Shown: piece by piece, positions 29,172-38,289 of the stretch
How positions within the stretch are numbered: the stretch's first letter is position 1
Layout: each line of letters begins with the position of its first letter
Virus record (IMG/VR): IMGVR_UViG_3300047160_005727
Location: 77,144 to 141,143 of that record
DNA from: a virus
Reading direction: 5' to 3' (one strand)
DNA length: 64,000 nt
Notes under the pieces: model-generated
Told to the model about the DNA's origin: nothing
The model's database searches: none
What the model saw: only the letters and a program-made list of their open reading frames with translations
Translations under genes and position numbers: made by a program

Positions 29172-30440
29172 ATGCCTCGCAGTTTCAATAAGTCCGGTTC
29201 GAGTTCCAAGTCCGCTTCTTCAGCACAGGAAAGACCGACCATGCCTACCAAAGGCAAAGCCGCCCCAGCCGGCAACAAAGCTGGGAAAACCGCATCGGCC
29301 GGCAAGTCCGAGAAACGCAGCAACGGTAAGGCCGCCCAGGCCGCTTCAGTCAAAGACTCGAAGCAAAAGGGACGCATCACAAAGGGCAAGCCGGCTACCG
29401 GCGCGCCCGCTCCGGAGCAGAACGTCAACCCGACGCCTGTTCCGGATCCGGTCGTCAACCAGACGGCCGCCCCGGAAGCCACACCGCCTGGCGATGTGGC
29501 ACCTCCGGTTGAAACGCCTCCGGTGGAGGCCCCGGTTGAGGTGCCGGTTGAAACACCTCCGGTTGGAGAGCCTGTAGTCCCGACCAACGTGGACATCAAG
29601 CTCGAAGAGGTCGTCGAGGTGCCGGTCGATCCCGTCGTGATCGCGGAGCAGACCGAGGAGGAGAAGATCGCGGCAGCGGCTGACAACGTCAAGAAGACGC
29701 GTCAGCAGGCTGCGGAAGCCAAGCGGCAGGCCAAGGAGTCCGTGAAGGCCGAACGTGCTGCCAGGTTGTCCCTCGCGGGTCTCGACCCGAAGAACTGGGA
29801 TGCCGATGGCACCTTCGCCCGGAACGGCAAGAAGTTCCTGGCCGGCATGATCGGCCTGGTTCGGCTTGCCGCCGAGGGGCTCTGGAAGTTCCTGGTCTTC
29901 GGCTGGGAGCGGTTCATCGGCCTGTTCGGGAAGTACCGGTGGATGGGCTATGCCGGTGTGGGTGTGGGTAGCGTCATGGCGACGGCCCTGCTGGTGTACA
30001 GCGTCATGTGGATGTACAGCCCGTACGTCCGGACCACTGAACCAGTATTCGTGGCTGACGAGCTGTCGAACGTCCCGCCCACCAAACTGAACATCCAGGC
30101 GGGCAACCCGGATAGCATCCCCAACGGCCAGGTCCGTGAGGAAGTCATCCGGCTCGATGGTAACTCCAAGGCCATGATGACAGCTGTCCGCGAAACGGGC
30201 ACGCTGATCAGTCACACCAAGGGTGCGGCCATGTGGGTTGAGCAAGCAGGGAACGGTGATGTCTACGTTCACCTGCGGTCTCTGTCTTGGGAAAGCCATG
30301 TGCTGACCCCGGGCAAGAACCAGTTGCTCAATGCCGCCCAGACGAGCAACGGGCGGTTCAATGCCAAGTTGATCAAGGTCAACGATGCATTGAATAGCAG
30401 TGAGAGTTTCAGCTCTGGCGCGTACGTCGCCAACCGCTGA
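29172..30440 (+). CDS. Membrane-anchored protein with Lys/Ala-rich and Pro/Val/Glu-rich N-terminal region (alternative start 29241)
   Basis: Two near-identical RBS-start contexts; TM segment 'YAGVGVGSVMATALLVYSVMWMY'. Confidence 0.7.
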   Translation: MPRSFNKSGSSSKSASSAQERPTMPTKGKAAPAGNKAGKTASAGKSEKRSNGKAAQAASVKDSKQKGRITKGKPATGAPAPEQNVNPTPVPDPVVNQTAAPEATPPGDVAPPVETPPVEAPVEVPVETPPVGEPVVPTNVDIKLEEVVEVPVDPVVIAEQTEEEKIAAAADNVKKTRQQAAEAKRQAKESVKAERAARLSLAGLDPKNWDADGTFARNGKKFLAGMIGLVRLAAEGLWKFLVFGWERFIGLFGKYRWMGYAGVGVGSVMATALLVYSVMWMYSPYVRTTEPVFVADELSNVPPTKLNIQAGNPDSIPNGQVREEVIRLDGNSKAMMTAVRETGTLISHTKGAAMWVEQAGNGDVYVHLRSLSWESHVLTPGKNQLLNAAQTSNGRFNAKLIKVNDALNSSESFSSGAYVANR

Positions 30441-30456
30441 GCTAGGTCAAGGCCCT

Positions 30457-30503
30457 GGACGGACGGTGGCTGCGCAAGCAGCTGCCGTCCGTTCCTTTCT
30501 TTT
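30457..30503 (+). terminator. Intrinsic terminator
   Basis: 17-bp stem, GCAA loop, CTTTCTTTT tail. Confidence 0.85.
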
Positions 30504-30522
30504 ACGCATCGGGTGACCTAGC

Positions 30523-30825
30523 ATGAAAACTCAATTGGAAAAGGATGCACAGCTGGGTCGGGTGACACGCGTCGTGCTGTTCTGGCTCGGCATCATTATC
30601 GTGCTCATCTCGATCTATCCCAGCTTCGTGCTTTGCAGGACGCTGTGGTATCTGGCCTACGACTATCTCGGTTACGGCGGTTTGATCGCCTTGGTGATCG
30701 GCGCTGTGATCGTGTTTCTCGCAGGCTGTGCTGGTGCAAGTTTTGTCGGCCGGACGTGGTGGCTGGCAGGTTTAGGCGAGCGTGCTCTGAATGGTGACGA
30801 GCATGCCGACGCAACCAAGGAGTAG
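30523..30825 (+). CDS. Small membrane protein
   Basis: Two hydrophobic helices. Confidence 0.6.
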   Translation: MKTQLEKDAQLGRVTRVVLFWLGIIIVLISIYPSFVLCRTLWYLAYDYLGYGGLIALVIGAVIVFLAGCAGASFVGRTWWLAGLGERALNGDEHADATKE

Positions 30826-30827
30826 CA

Positions 30828-31178
30828 ATGGACGATCAGGTCAGTCGGCTCATTCACAAGTTCAACCTCCGACATGAGGTCGAGGAGTTTGTCCGCCGAC
30901 GGGCGGTCGAGCTGAGTGAGCAGAAGACGCCGTTTCGCTTCGAGGGTTCGGGTAAGCGGTGCGGCTCGAAGGAGCCGCATGCCCCGCACATCTCGGGTGA
31001 ACCGTACAGCACGGTGCGCTACGGCATGCTTCAGACGTTCTGCCGGGGTGTATCCGGCGAGGGCATGGAGATCATTTCCGATCTCAACCATGTAGGAAGT
31101 GCTGAGTCACCTGCACGGTTTCACGGGCATTTCATCGGTACGGCAAAGGTTTCAGAGCCTGCTGCCGATCCGGCTTGA
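30828..31178 (+). CDS. Hypothetical protein
   Basis: AAGGAG RBS. Confidence 0.6.
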   Translation: MDDQVSRLIHKFNLRHEVEEFVRRRAVELSEQKTPFRFEGSGKRCGSKEPHAPHISGEPYSTVRYGMLQTFCRGVSGEGMEIISDLNHVGSAESPARFHGHFIGTAKVSEPAADPA

Positions 31179-31297
31179 CAAGGTCAACCCACAGTTCCGG
31201 GGACGGTGGCCGCGCAAGCGGTCATCGTCCCATCTCACTTTCTTTTATGCCTCGAATGACCGACCAAACAGACCGACCAACCACAGGAAACACGCAG

Positions 31298-31612
31298 ATG
31301 AAAGACTGGTTCGTTCGTGAGATCAAGCGTACGGCGAAGGGTTTTGTTCGCTTCGTAGCGCAGACGGCGGCTGCCCTTCTGTTCGGCATCGTCGTCGCAG
31401 TTGTCCTTCACTTCACTGGGATCTATAAAGCTGGTGCCAGTGTTAAACCACTACCGGCCGAGATCGAGACAGTGCATCGGCCAGCTCCCGAAAAGGTGCC
31501 GATGAACAAGTGGTCAGAAGAGGAGCGTATGCTTGTAAGAGCGTATATCGAGAAGCATGGAATGGATGCGACGATCAAGGCGCTGCAAGAACATCGAAGT
31601 CTGTCACAATAA
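31298..31612 (+). CDS. Single-TM hypothetical protein
   Basis: AGGA RBS, ATG 31298. Confidence 0.6.
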   Translation: MKDWFVREIKRTAKGFVRFVAQTAAALLFGIVVAVVLHFTGIYKAGASVKPLPAEIETVHRPAPEKVPMNKWSEEERMLVRAYIEKHGMDATIKALQEHRSLSQ

Positions 31613-31769
31613 CCCCGACGCGTTCGGGGTCGGAGCGAGTCGCTCCATGGGTACTATCTTCCGGGTGCATCCCAAAGCATCCAACAGATGGTACTCATGG
31701 AGCGGCTCGCTCATCTTCTTCAGCTGACTGCCATTTGTTTTAGCTCTTAGTTTTATCTATCAGCCATGG

Positions 31770-31798
31770 TTGATCGTCGCACGCCCGCCATGTAGGAT
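31770..31798 (+). promoter_or_regulatory. Housekeeping-sigma-type promoter
   Basis: TTGATC-N17-TAGGAT upstream of 31840. Confidence 0.5.
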
Positions 31799-31839
31799 GG
31801 CCCCGGAGGAACCGGACAACCAACCAACAGGAGCTAGAC

Positions 31840-32124
31840 ATGGCGCTGGAGCTTGTAGATCAGCCAGAGGGTACCAAGGTCACCGTCAACGGCCCGAAGG
31901 CCACGGTAACCATCCAGGGAGACACGCCGGCCTCGGTGGGCAACACGGAGGCCAAGCAGATGGCGCTCAACGCGGCGCGGCCATTCCTCAGCAAGCCCGG
32001 CATCTCGAGTGTGAGCGGGCCTTATCCGGTGGATGCGGATGGCAACCAGCTCGAAGACCCAACCAAGCCACGTCCCGAGGGTTTCCGGTTCCGTCAAGAC
32101 TTCACGATACAGGAGGGAATGTGA
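31840..32124 (+). CDS. Hypothetical protein
   Basis: AGGAG RBS. Confidence 0.7.
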   Translation: MALELVDQPEGTKVTVNGPKATVTIQGDTPASVGNTEAKQMALNAARPFLSKPGISSVSGPYPVDADGNQLEDPTKPRPEGFRFRQDFTIQEGM

Positions 32125-32657
32125 CAGCAAAGGTTCATGCCAGTCTCACCAAGTCAGAGGTGCAAGCGATCTTCCAGCTTGTCATCAAGTACAAGCAGCC
32201 GCCAGACCTGGAGGCAGAGCTATCTACGGCCGAGGCCCTTCTTCTTGTGGCGGCTGATCTCCTCAAGACCTACGGCTTCGATCCCGCGTACGTGCTGACA
32301 GTTGCGAGCCGGCTGTGGAGCTGGCTCGGAGCCGACGATCGCCAGGTTCTGATGATCAACATCGTCGACCGCCGCTACGTCGGCTGGAACCCTGGCCCCA
32401 TCTCCTTGACCGACATGATAACCGGCGGCGAGGTCGGTCCCGAGCAAGCGCTGTCCAGCCGTGTGCTGGAGTCAGTCTGTTACAACATCTACGAGCTGCT
32501 CGATCGTCGCAAGGCGATGGCCCGCGGCGAGCGGGGGTCGCTCTGGGAGGGTAAGGATGCCGCAGGTAAAGCCACATGTGGTGCGCCGGGCGGAGGTAGC
32601 GCCGACCTGGGAGAACCCCAAGTCGTTTGCGACGACCTTGGTGCACCTATTCCATGA
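32121..32657 (+). CDS. Hypothetical protein
   Basis: AGGAGG RBS, GTG 32121 overlapping the previous stop. Confidence 0.6.
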   Translation: MTAKVHASLTKSEVQAIFQLVIKYKQPPDLEAELSTAEALLLVAADLLKTYGFDPAYVLTVASRLWSWLGADDRQVLMINIVDRRYVGWNPGPISLTDMITGGEVGPEQALSSRVLESVCYNIYELLDRRKAMARGERGSLWEGKDAAGKATCGAPGGGSADLGEPQVVCDDLGAPIP

Positions 32658-33285
32658 CGAGTATTACGATCCCAAAGATCCGCCAAGGGAGAGCTGCTAC
32701 ACATGGCACCCAGGGACGATCCTGCTCGAGATCCGCGACGACTTCGGCGTCGAGCTGCCACCGGCCAATTTCGCCCGGCTCATGGCGGGGATCCACCTGC
32801 TCACATCGGACGCCTTCTACAAGAGCGTTCCCACCTTCATCGAGATCTGCAACGTCCTCTCTGGTGGGATCTACGACCCGGCCACCTGGGATCCCGCCGA
32901 TGCTCTGGAATGTGCCTGGGGTATCACGGAGGCGATGCTGCTAGCGCCGCCCGACGATGACGATGAAGAACCTTTTTCTGAAGAGATCCGCGCTTACATC
33001 GGCGCGGCACTGGACGAGGAGGGTATACTCGACCCACCAGACGTGCTTCGGATCGCGATCCGAGGTGACGGTCATCGCTCGGCTGCCCAGGTCTCGTCGC
33101 AGTTCGACGACCACGAGACCCGGACATCCATTGCACAGACGGAGGCTGCGAAGGTCGCTGAGATCAACGGTCACATCAAGTCGAACCTGCGGATGCTGAC
33201 TGCACAGCTGGCAGCGTTGCACCTGGCTCATGGCGATGCCGGGGCGCTGGCAGGCAAACTCGCCCGTACATTGGGCAAGGAGTGA
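32557..33285 (+). CDS. Hypothetical acidic helical protein
   Basis: GGAGG RBS, ATG 32557. Confidence 0.65.
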   Translation: MPQVKPHVVRRAEVAPTWENPKSFATTLVHLFHDEYYDPKDPPRESCYTWHPGTILLEIRDDFGVELPPANFARLMAGIHLLTSDAFYKSVPTFIEICNVLSGGIYDPATWDPADALECAWGITEAMLLAPPDDDDEEPFSEEIRAYIGAALDEEGILDPPDVLRIAIRGDGHRSAAQVSSQFDDHETRTSIAQTEAAKVAEINGHIKSNLRMLTAQLAALHLAHGDAGALAGKLARTLGKE

Positions 33286-33288
33286 GAG

Positions 33289-33672
33289 ATGCCACTTACG
33301 AACCAGAAGCTGGCGGTAGCCAAGCAATGGGTGGTCTCGAAGCAGGGCAAGTTTGCCACCGTCGGTGGCGGGCTCGGCATCAGACCCAAGATCTACGACA
33401 ACGCGGCTGCCGCCCAGTACGCCATCCAGACCAACCCCAGGCTCCGGGGTGGGGTCGTGGTCCCCTACACGATGGAGTCCAAGGCTGCTTTCGATGCCGA
33501 AGCCAACAAGGTCAACGCGGCTGCTGCGAAGACCCCCGGCAAGGCACCTGGGCCTAGCCAGGCGACGCCTGGCGTGTTCGCTACCACTACCAAGTCCAAG
33601 GCAGTGAAACCCAAGGCGACGGCTGCACCTGTCGCTCCGGGTAAACGTGCTGCCGCTGGCAAAGTAAAATGA
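33289..33672 (+). CDS. Basic Lys/Ala/Pro-rich protein (histone-H1-like tail)
   Basis: AAGGAG RBS; amino-acid composition. Confidence 0.65.
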   Translation: MPLTNQKLAVAKQWVVSKQGKFATVGGGLGIRPKIYDNAAAAQYAIQTNPRLRGGVVVPYTMESKAAFDAEANKVNAAAAKTPGKAPGPSQATPGVFATTTKSKAVKPKATAAPVAPGKRAAAGKVK

Positions 33673-33677
33673 AAGAC

Positions 33678-33731
33678 CCACCGGGGTCGCTACGCCCGCC
33701 GCGCGGCACGCCCCGTGGTGGGCGTTGTTTT
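33678..33731 (+). terminator. Possible terminator hairpin
   Basis: CCCACC-GGGG...CCCC-GGTGGG followed by TTGTTTT. Confidence 0.45.
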
Positions 33732-33769
33732 GCGCAGCTATTCTGATGGCATAGCCAAACGAGGACCAA

Positions 33770-35500
33770 ATGCCCGCAGCTAACCAGAACCCACAGCCAC
33801 CCAAGGTCAACCCGGACTTCGAGAGGCGCGCTCAGATCCTCTGGGGTTCAAGCCAAAGCGCGGTGTCCGTCCGGACTACCGAGGATGGCCGGTTCATCCG
33901 CGACATCCAGACAGTCATGTCGAAGATCGCCCCTGACTGTGCAACCGTGATCTGGGACAGAGCCCGCGGCTTCAACTGGGACCGCATCGACGAGCATACC
34001 CACGTCAAGAAGCCACTACCGTTCGGTAATGGTTCAGACTACACCAACATGCTGGTAGCCCTGGAGGCTGTTGCCAAGCTGGAGTCGGGGAAGATGCGGA
34101 AGGGAGTGTTCGTCTTCCTGGATCCGCACGACGTCTTCGATGACCTGACCGAAGGCCCGGCCTGCCGGCGGGTCGTCAAGACGATGATCAACGATCTACA
34201 GCTCTGCACACCCAAGAACGACGACACTGGCGATCCAGGGCACCGGCGTCAGATCATCTTCGTGTCACCGGTGCCGATCCACCGAGAGCTGCACGAGTAC
34301 GTCGTGCCGCTCGACTACCCTCGTCCCACCGAGGAAGAGCACGAAGAGACGGTCAAGGTCGTCGAGAGCGGTACCTCCGGCAAGAAGTGCTCAGACGAGA
34401 TCCGGGAAGCCCTTGCTGCAATAGGCATCGGCCTGACCTGGATCCAGTTCGAGAACGCCGTGGCCGAGGCCACTCACGCGCACAAGGGCTTCGAGCCCGC
34501 TGTGCTGGATACGGTCGAGCAGAAGAAGGCTGACCTGATCGCCCAGCAGGGCTTTCTTACCTACGTCCCGTTCAACCGGCTACCCAAGGATGGCGAGGTT
34601 CGCGGCTTCGAGGAAGTCCATGAGTTCCTGGCCATGCAGGCCCAGTCCTACAAACAGGAAGTCATGGGCCTGGACAGGCCCAAGGGCATGCTGCTCATGG
34701 GAGTGGCCGGCACCGGCAAGAGCATGATGGGCAAGCTGGCTGCCCGCATCTTCTACAACGCAACCGGCAAGCGGTTTCCGGTCTACCTGCTCAACGTGCC
34801 GGCTCTGTTCGGCGGCATCGTGGGCCAGACCGAGGCCAATGTCCGCTGGGTCACCGAGACCCTGAGTGCTCAGGGCCACTACCTGCTGGTGATCGATGAG
34901 CTGGAGAAGATGCTTGCGACTGGCGGCTACAACGGCGACTCGGGTGTCTCGCTGAGAGCGGTCGGCCAGATCCTGTCGTGGCTGTCCGAGCGGGTCAACA
35001 ACCCGAACGACAAGGGCTACATCATCGGTACCCTGAACACGATCGAGGGCATCAGGCCGGAGTTCTTCCGCCGGTTCGACGCCGCCTTCTACACCGATCT
35101 ACCTTACCCTGAGATCCGCAAGGAGATCATCACCAGCCACTTCCAGCGGCGTGGTGTGAACGTCGCCAAGCTGGTTGGTGCGGATGGCACGCCACTGACT
35201 GGCGATGACTGGGACGCGCTCATTACCGGCACCGAGAACTTCATCGGCTCCGAGCTGGAGGATGTCGTCACCCAGTCGCGGGCGCTGGCTGCTTACAAGC
35301 GCGGCGTCTCCGTACCGATCTTCGAGGAGATCGAGCAGACGGTCAGGAACCGGGCTCAGAACATCGTGGCCAAGACCCACAAGCACGATGTGGACTCCGT
35401 TCGTGACTACTGCAAGTCGTCAGCCCGCCCTGTCTACGTCCAGAAGGTGACCGCGAACAAGATCGCCAAGCGGTCGCGCCAGGTAAACACTGGAGAGTGA
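33770..35500 (+). CDS. AAA+ ATPase, Ycf46-like (degenerate N-terminal and intact C-terminal AAA domain)
   Basis: Walker A GVAGTGKS, Walker B LLVIDELEK, 'DSGVS', sensor 'GTLN', Arg finger 'RRFD', 'FIGSELE'. Confidence 0.85.
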   Translation: MPAANQNPQPPKVNPDFERRAQILWGSSQSAVSVRTTEDGRFIRDIQTVMSKIAPDCATVIWDRARGFNWDRIDEHTHVKKPLPFGNGSDYTNMLVALEAVAKLESGKMRKGVFVFLDPHDVFDDLTEGPACRRVVKTMINDLQLCTPKNDDTGDPGHRRQIIFVSPVPIHRELHEYVVPLDYPRPTEEEHEETVKVVESGTSGKKCSDEIREALAAIGIGLTWIQFENAVAEATHAHKGFEPAVLDTVEQKKADLIAQQGFLTYVPFNRLPKDGEVRGFEEVHEFLAMQAQSYKQEVMGLDRPKGMLLMGVAGTGKSMMGKLAARIFYNATGKRFPVYLLNVPALFGGIVGQTEANVRWVTETLSAQGHYLLVIDELEKMLATGGYNGDSGVSLRAVGQILSWLSERVNNPNDKGYIIGTLNTIEGIRPEFFRRFDAAFYTDLPYPEIRKEIITSHFQRRGVNVAKLVGADGTPLTGDDWDALITGTENFIGSELEDVVTQSRALAAYKRGVSVPIFEEIEQTVRNRAQNIVAKTHKHDVDSVRDYCKSSARPVYVQKVTANKIAKRSRQVNTGE

Positions 35501-35501
35501 C

Positions 35502-35696
35502 ATGCCCAAGCAGATCATCTTCGATATCGATCCGGCGACCGGTGGTGTGACCATCGAGGCCAAGGGCTTCAAGGGCCCCGAGTGCAAGACCGCTACCGCT
35601 CCCTACGAGAAGCTCTTCGGAACCCCCGAGTCTGATACGCCCACCAAGGAGATGGGCGCCAAGACCGTGGAGCATGTCAAGCAGACCCAGGGGTAG
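35502..35696 (+). CDS. DUF2997-family small protein
   Basis: 'IIFDIDP..G.VTIEAKGFKGPECKTATAPYEKLFG...TKE' matches the family pattern as recalled; adjacent to Ycf46-like ATPase. Confidence 0.8.
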   Translation: MPKQIIFDIDPATGGVTIEAKGFKGPECKTATAPYEKLFGTPESDTPTKEMGAKTVEHVKQTQG

Positions 35697-35698
35697 CC

Positions 35699-36058
35699 AT
35701 GCTGAAAGAGCTGGTCTTTGATATCGGCCCGGACGGGATCGTTCGCTACATACACAGCGACGAAGCCGTTCGACTGGCGGCCGGGCTCGGCCGTCCAGTC
35801 ATCAACCGGGCCAGCCATGTCGAGTACGACAACGAGAAGGGTGGATGGACGGCCGACATGTCCCCGTTAGGATCATCTACGATCCTCGGCCCGTTCACCA
35901 CCAGGGATGAAGCCCTCGAACGTGAGCATACATGGCTCATGGAAAACATGCCGGCGCTGCTATGTGGGCAGTGTCGCGAAGCTGACCTTCCATTGGAGTC
36001 CCGACATGAGTACAGCCACCATGGCACCGATGAACGTAACCTCGGACATGTCAGATGA
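35699..36058 (+). CDS. Conserved hypothetical protein of the AAA/DUF2997 module
   Basis: 'I.RASHVE...W.ADMSPLG...LGPF..RDEAL..E..WL' resembles the small protein recalled from planctomycete versions of this locus. Confidence 0.65.
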   Translation: MLKELVFDIGPDGIVRYIHSDEAVRLAAGLGRPVINRASHVEYDNEKGGWTADMSPLGSSTILGPFTTRDEALEREHTWLMENMPALLCGQCREADLPLESRHEYSHHGTDERNLGHVR

Positions 36059-37040
36059 TACCCCGGTCGACAGCATCAAGCTGGACACGGACATCTATCT
36101 GATCTCTATCAAAAAGCACTACTGGAGCGGCGAGCACGTGCTCGATGACAGGGCCAAGGCCCGGGTCGAAGTCAAGGGCCAGACGGTTGACTCCGATCTG
36201 CTCAAGAAGTCGACCGTGCTCTTGATCCCCAAGAAGCTGCGGAGCGTGTTGACGCCTGGCTACTCGGCGGTCGATAGCGTGATCATCCGGTACACTACTA
36301 ACTTCACCGGTGCCCGGGCGCTCGCTGCGGCATCCAAGGCTGCCTTCTTCAAGGACCTGAAGGAAGCTCGGGCCATCCTGGACGAATGCGTCGAGAGCTT
36401 CGTCGAGCGCTATCCCGACGAGGTCATCGAGTACAACAAGGCGCGTTGGGAGAAGACCCTGGGCGATGACTATCCGTTGTTCATCGGTCGGTTGATCCCG
36501 AGCGCCGACGCTGTTGGTTCGCGGTACGGCTACAGTGTCCGCGACATCCGCCGGCTGGAAGCCCCCAGCGCCGAGTACAAGGCGCTGCTCAAGCTCGACA
36601 AGGAGATGCTCGCTGAGGTCCGCAAGAACAAGCGAGCCGACTACGAGGCGGCCATGGATGAGCTGGTGTCCGGTCCTCGACTGACACTGGCTTCAGCCAT
36701 GGACGATCTGATCAAGCAGCTCTCTGCGGGCAAGATCCTCAAGCGGGGGTCATTCAACGGCGTGCTGGATGCTATCGCTCTCAACCGGGCGTTCGCCGGC
36801 ACCATCACCGATGCCAAGTTGCTGGCGGCAGCAACGGCACTCGAGAAGAAGATCGGCGAGGCGATCGAAGATGCCGAGACCAACGTGAGCAGCACCCAGA
36901 CCTGGTCTGATCTGCTCTGGAAGCACAAGGCGACGCTCACCGAGGCCATCGGGCCTGTGGCTGAAGCCACCAAGGACTCCGCTGCGGTGGAGCAGGTCCG
37001 TCGACACCTGAATGCGAGGGTACGCCCGGTCGACGTGTGA
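36006..37040 (+). CDS. DUF3150-like helical protein
   Basis: 'YWSG..L', 'LLIPK..R', 'FVERY' pattern and module context. Confidence 0.55.
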   Translation: MSTATMAPMNVTSDMSDDTPVDSIKLDTDIYLISIKKHYWSGEHVLDDRAKARVEVKGQTVDSDLLKKSTVLLIPKKLRSVLTPGYSAVDSVIIRYTTNFTGARALAAASKAAFFKDLKEARAILDECVESFVERYPDEVIEYNKARWEKTLGDDYPLFIGRLIPSADAVGSRYGYSVRDIRRLEAPSAEYKALLKLDKEMLAEVRKNKRADYEAAMDELVSGPRLTLASAMDDLIKQLSAGKILKRGSFNGVLDAIALNRAFAGTITDAKLLAAATALEKKIGEAIEDAETNVSSTQTWSDLLWKHKATLTEAIGPVAEATKDSAAVEQVRRHLNARVRPVDV

Positions 37041-37065
37041 GAGGTGAAGTTGACGGAGCCCTCAC

Positions 37066-37674
37066 GTGGGCATAAAGATCATCTACGAAGTGCCGGCTGC
37101 GGCCGGCACTGCCTTCACCTACTCGGTTCAAAGGCATGAAGACGGGGCGTTCTTCGACTTCGAGCAGAAAACATTTCGTCCGCTCGAATGTATTGCGCCG
37201 CACGCAGCCCGTAGGCTGCTTCGCCGCGGCGTCAGAGGTCTGTTCGCTAACTTCAAGCACTCGGAGGTCGGCAAAAAGTATATCATCCTCGTCGTGGAAG
37301 CTAGCCCGCACGGCTCGATCATCGCCGAGGTGCCGGTAACCGACTACGGGAAAGGACAGCACATGGATCCGAGTTACCGGAAAGGTAAGAAGTTCGTGGA
37401 CGGCAAGGCGATCGATGCCAAGTATCGTCTCGTCGTCTTCGGTGATGATGGATCCACCGTCTATACCGCTACTCTGTGGGAAGACGGTACCACTTCGTGC
37501 AACTGCCCGCGGTGGGGGCCGAAGCAGCCTGGCCTGGGTCGTAGATGTATCCATTCCGTACGGGCCGCGAAACTCACCGCCAATGTCGACGAGACCGGCG
37601 AGCAGCCGGGCCCGCCGCCACCAACTCCTGGTAATAACCCGTTCCGGCGGCGCTCCCGATCTATCGATACCTGA
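37066..37674 (+). CDS. SWIM-type Zn-finger protein 1 (possible internal start 37363)
   Basis: 'SCNCP...CIH' (CxC-xn-CxH). Confidence 0.7.
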   Translation: MGIKIIYEVPAAAGTAFTYSVQRHEDGAFFDFEQKTFRPLECIAPHAARRLLRRGVRGLFANFKHSEVGKKYIILVVEASPHGSIIAEVPVTDYGKGQHMDPSYRKGKKFVDGKAIDAKYRLVVFGDDGSTVYTATLWEDGTTSCNCPRWGPKQPGLGRRCIHSVRAAKLTANVDETGEQPGPPPPTPGNNPFRRRSRSIDT

Positions 37675-37693
37675 GCGCCCAAGGAGGATCAGC

Positions 37694-38014
37694 GTGAAAC
37701 CATCTTTTCGGAGGGGCAAGAAGTTCCTCGGCGACGAGACTGTCGAACCCAAGCACCGGCTCATTACGTTCGGCAGCGACGGCGTCACCGTCTATACAGC
37801 TACCTTGTGGGTCGACGGCACTACCTCGTGTAACTGCCCGGCCTGGCGGTTCGCCAAGGGTGACACCCGGAAGTGTAAGCACTCCCTGCGTGCTGCCAGC
37901 TTGACCGCCACCATCGACGAGACAGGCACCATTCGCGCTACATCGGCCGCCACGGAGGAGTCCCAGATGGGATCCAGCCCGTTCAAGCGGCGCACCCGAT
38001 CGGTGGATACCTGA
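37694..38014 (+). CDS. SWIM-type Zn-finger protein 2 (tandem paralog)
   Basis: AAGGAGG RBS, GTG 37694; 'SCNCPAW...CKH'. Confidence 0.75.
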   Translation: MKPSFRRGKKFLGDETVEPKHRLITFGSDGVTVYTATLWVDGTTSCNCPAWRFAKGDTRKCKHSLRAASLTATIDETGTIRATSAATEESQMGSSPFKRRTRSVDT

Positions 38015-38289
38015 TGTTCCACGTCAAGTACCGAGACTTCTTCAAGAAGCTCGTGATCATGGAGGGGCGATCCGACTACGAGGACGCCGTGTCCGAAGCG
38101 GAAGACTGCGCGAGCGCAGGCCATGCCGAGGTGGAGATCCTCGTTTCCCTTGGAACTGCCGACGAGAACATGGAGCTGGCCGAGGCTGACTCCCGTCGCT
38201 TCATCGCAACGGGAGTAGAGCGCGGATGGCCCAAAGACGGCGGCCTCGACTCTTTGGCGATCCCCACATCGCCAAGCTCGGGGGGTTGA
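38014..38289 (+). CDS. Hypothetical protein
   Basis: TGATG coupling. Confidence 0.5.
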   Translation: MFHVKYRDFFKKLVIMEGRSDYEDAVSEAEDCASAGHAEVEILVSLGTADENMELAEADSRRFIATGVERGWPKDGGLDSLAIPTSPSSGG

